Source: Felis catus
Taxonomy: Eukaryota
Reading direction: 5' to 3'
Length of the DNA: 64,000 bases
Assembly (NCBI RefSeq): GCF_018350175.1
Contig: NC_058383.1
Span: forward strand, 23,872,001-23,936,000
In this document: positions 61,028-64,000 of the stretch, in pieces
Position numbering within the stretch: position 1 is the first letter of the stretch
Layout of the letters: every line of letters starts with the position of its first letter
Notes under the pieces: model-generated
Told to the model about the DNA's origin: nothing
Seen by the model: only the letters and a program-made list of their open reading frames with translations
Database searches by the model: none
Made by a program: the position numbers and the translations under genes

Positions 61028-61775
61028 CTGCGAAAACACCAGAAAGACTCATCACCCAAGGTCACCTTCATCAGTGAGCAACAGCCACTTAACATGCATG
61101 GGAAGAAGGTGTGGATGGGATTTTGGGGTAATGTCTGGCTTGCTCTTCTCAAATCTGTGTCTCCTCAGGTGGGACTTCCCAGTCACCTGGAGAGGATCAT
61201 GAATGCCCAACGGGGGCATTTCAGCAGCATGTTCTCAGGGGACTGATTAACAGAAAAAGACTTAGTTTCCAAAAGGTAGCTGGGGGAACTTCTTGAACGT
61301 GCCTTATTGCAAACCATTCCAATGGCTGGATGGAGACAGCATGTAACAGGTGCTCCAGTTAAGGACTCATCACTTGAATGTAACTGTTGCCCTCATTGAG
61401 AACAGGTGGGATTTGGGAGCCTACTGAAGGGCAAGCAAGACCTTTGATGTGAAATCATGGGGCAGCGGGTGGCGGGGAGAGTTTTAAGGTACAAATAGAG
61501 CTTGGAGCATGAACTTCATAATGGGACAGGCTGGTCCTTGAGATTCTGCTCTGCCGTTTACTAGCTGTGTGACCTTCAACAGGTGTGGTAACCTCTCTGA
61601 ACCTAAGCTTCATCATTTCCAACAAGATGATAATACCAGGACTCTACCCAAGTCAACTTGCCAGAAGTCAACTTGCTGAAAATCCAATTGATTCCCTGAA
61701 AATCTATTTGAATTAACCGAAGAGGCTTGAACATTCCTTAACATGCTCGATTCACAATTAAAACCAATCAGCCAA

Positions 61776-63415
61776 GGGGTGCCTGTGTGGCTCAGTCGGT
61801 GAAGCCTCCGACTTCAGCTCAGGTCATGATCTCAAGACTCTCACGGTTCATGTGTTTTGGGCCCCGCATTGGGCTCTGTGTGGATGCTCAGAGCCTGCTT
61901 CGGATTCTCTGGCTCCCTCTCTCCACCCCTCCCCCACTCATACTCCCTCTCTCGCAAATAAATAAATAAACATAAAGAAAATCAGCCAAAATATTGCAGA
62001 ATTCTTTAAAAACCTGTTTAAACCTTCATATCCAATATACATTGTTATAAAAGTTAAAATGTTTTGATAAATCTGGAAAATTGGTCAGTTAGCAACTGAA
62101 TTTTGGATAATTGACTTGAGAGTGACACTATATTTCCAGTTGTTGTGAGGTTTAAATAAGATAATACATGTAGCCCTCAGCAGAATTCCTGACACGTTAA
62201 TAAATGATGGGTATTTGTTATTATTATAGCCTTTTAGGAAACCTTATGCAAACAGTAATCATGGATCATAGATTGCTATAGCAGGGATGGAATGTATACA
62301 TGTACTATGAAAATCTGGTTTTGACATGCAATTTGCAAAAGTATAAACTCAGTCTGTCATTGAAAAAGTGGTCACTCTTAACTATTTCATATCAAATGAA
62401 GGTGTAAGGTTTTATGTGCTCACCTCAAGGGCCCATGGATTTTATTTTATTTTTAAATGTTTATTTATTTATTTTGAGAGAGGGAGAGAAAAAGCATGCA
62501 TACTGCATTTCTTTGATTACTAGAAAGAGTGAACACTAAAATATATATACTTTTAGGGGCACCTGGGTGGCTCAGTCGGTTAAGCGTCTGACTTTGGCTC
62601 AGGTCATGATCTCATAGCTCATGAGTTCGAGCCCCTTGTCTGGCTCTGTGCTGACAGCTGGGAGCCTGGAGCCTGCTTCAGATTCTGTGTCTCCCTCTCT
62701 CTCTCTGGCCCTCTCCCACTTGTGTGCTCTCTCTCTCTCTCTCTCTCTCTCTCAAAAATAAATAAACATTAAAAAAATTTTTTTATTATAAAAATAAAAG
62801 AATATACTTTCAGTGTTTTGTATGCCATCTTCTATGAATTATTTATTCATCTTCTTTGTCCATTTTTCAATTTTGGTGTTTTGTTTCATATTGATTAGTT
62901 AGGCTTCATTATATAGAATATTACCCTTTCTTGTGTATTTTACAAAGGCTATTGTATACCTTTAAAATACAATCCTGGTCTTTTTATTAATAGAGTCTGA
63001 CTTTGCATATATAGACAGAAAAGTCTTCTATTTCTAAGACCACACAGTCAACTTGAATATTTTCCTTTTTTTTTTTTTTTTGACTTCAGTGATTTTAATT
63101 TTTATATTCATTTGCCATCTTATTTTGGTGCATCAATTCATTTCTTCTTTTCTAAATGATAAGTTGACTATCCAAAACAGTTTACTAAATAATCCATTCT
63201 TTCCACTGATTTCCACCCCCCCCCCTTTTTTTTCATCTATTTATTTTGAGGGAGAGAGTGTAAGCAGGGGAGGGGCAGGAAGAGGGAGAGAGAATTCCAA
63301 GCAAGCTCCACACTCAGCACAGAGCCTGATGTGGGGCTCCATTTCATGAACTGTGAGATCATAACCTGTGCTGATATCAAGAGTTGGACGCCCAACCAAC
63401 TGAACCATCCATGTG
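61776..63415. mobile_element. Three CAN-SINEs: about 61776-61975(+), 62556-62780(+), 63235-63415(-), with old L1-like DNA between
   Basis: Recognisable SINE heads and tails. Confidence 0.8.
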
Positions 63416-63625
63416 TCCAAAGGGCTCATGGGTTTTAAAAGGCTGAGAAAAATTGGTACGGTCCAGTCTCTTCATTTGAGGAAAGATGCAATCAGGGCTG
63501 GAAGTGGGAGAGGCCCGGTCAAGAACCCAGAGATTTTTATCTGAACAAAGTTACTTTCAGGCTGCTGAAATGAGGAAATTCTTGAGCTCTGGGGTTTTTG
63601 AGAAGATACTGAAAAACATACTTAC

Positions 63626-63703
63626 CCAGAAAGCTTTGATTCAAATTGGTGGATCATCTGGGTGGAGAAGTGTACTTTCCTCATGACATCGCTGCCCTCC
63701 TCC
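63626..63703 (-). CDS. VWA3A: VWA3A exon: (L)EEGSDVMRKVHFSTQMIHQFESKLS(G)
   Basis: cttcttcag| acceptor, |gtaagt donor; 78 nt. Confidence 0.9.
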
Positions 63704-63798
63704 CTGAAGAAGCAAAGTCTCATGAAGGGGTCTCTCGGGCCCGGGGGCGGGGTGTGTCATTACAGGCTTGGGGGTGAAGGGAGTGGAGCCAGACTTAC

Positions 63799-63923
63799 AG
63801 TACTGTGGTGCCCTGGCTAATCAGGTCAGCCAAGGTGAGCCTCTCAAACTGTAAACTGTGTGTGGAAAGCCAGTCTTCCGGGTCCTCCCAAGCTGAAGGT
63901 TGGGTCTCATCTCCCTGTAGCCT
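63799..63923 (-). CDS. VWA3A: VWA3A 5'-most exon in the window: RLQGDETQPSAWEDPEDWLSTHSLQFERLTLADLISQGTTV(L)
   Basis: ctcacag| acceptor, |gtaagt donor; 125 nt; phase matches the next exon. Confidence 0.9.
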
Positions 63924-64000
63924 CTGTGAGACAGAGCCAGAGTCAAACAGAAAACTGGGAGAGAGAGGGCAAGGCTGAGGATGCCCTAGGTTCCCTCCAC

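Overview
Mammalian genomic DNA, most likely from a felid: it carries dense tRNA-derived CAN-SINEs, including near-consensus SINEC_Fc-type copies. Two genes lie on the minus strand in tandem. (1) VWA3A: I traced 30 coding exons from 63923 down to the TAG stop at 14342-14344. They splice phase-consistently into 3330 nt (1109 aa plus stop). The 5'-most exons lie beyond the window end, and a probable non-coding last exon spans about 13020-13770. (2) The 5' part of SDR42E2: a CpG-island promoter and first exon near 9130-9330, then five coding exons from 6877 down to 2410; I could not find the next exon in the window. The rest is intronic or intergenic: roughly 60 CAN-SINEs, MLT1 and MER34-like LTRs, L1 fragments, MER20/MER5 DNA transposon relics and microsatellites. 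I see no new multi-gene system. The notable points are splicing and repeat oddities: an in-frame candidate exitron encoding a Gly/Pro tandem repeat in SDR42E2, a (TG)16 tract where a polypyrimidine tract is expected, a tandem duplication that copies a splice donor, a GC-AG intron, two uORFs, and nested or serial SINE insertions. Gene names come from my recall of the human orthologue proteins, not from a database search.
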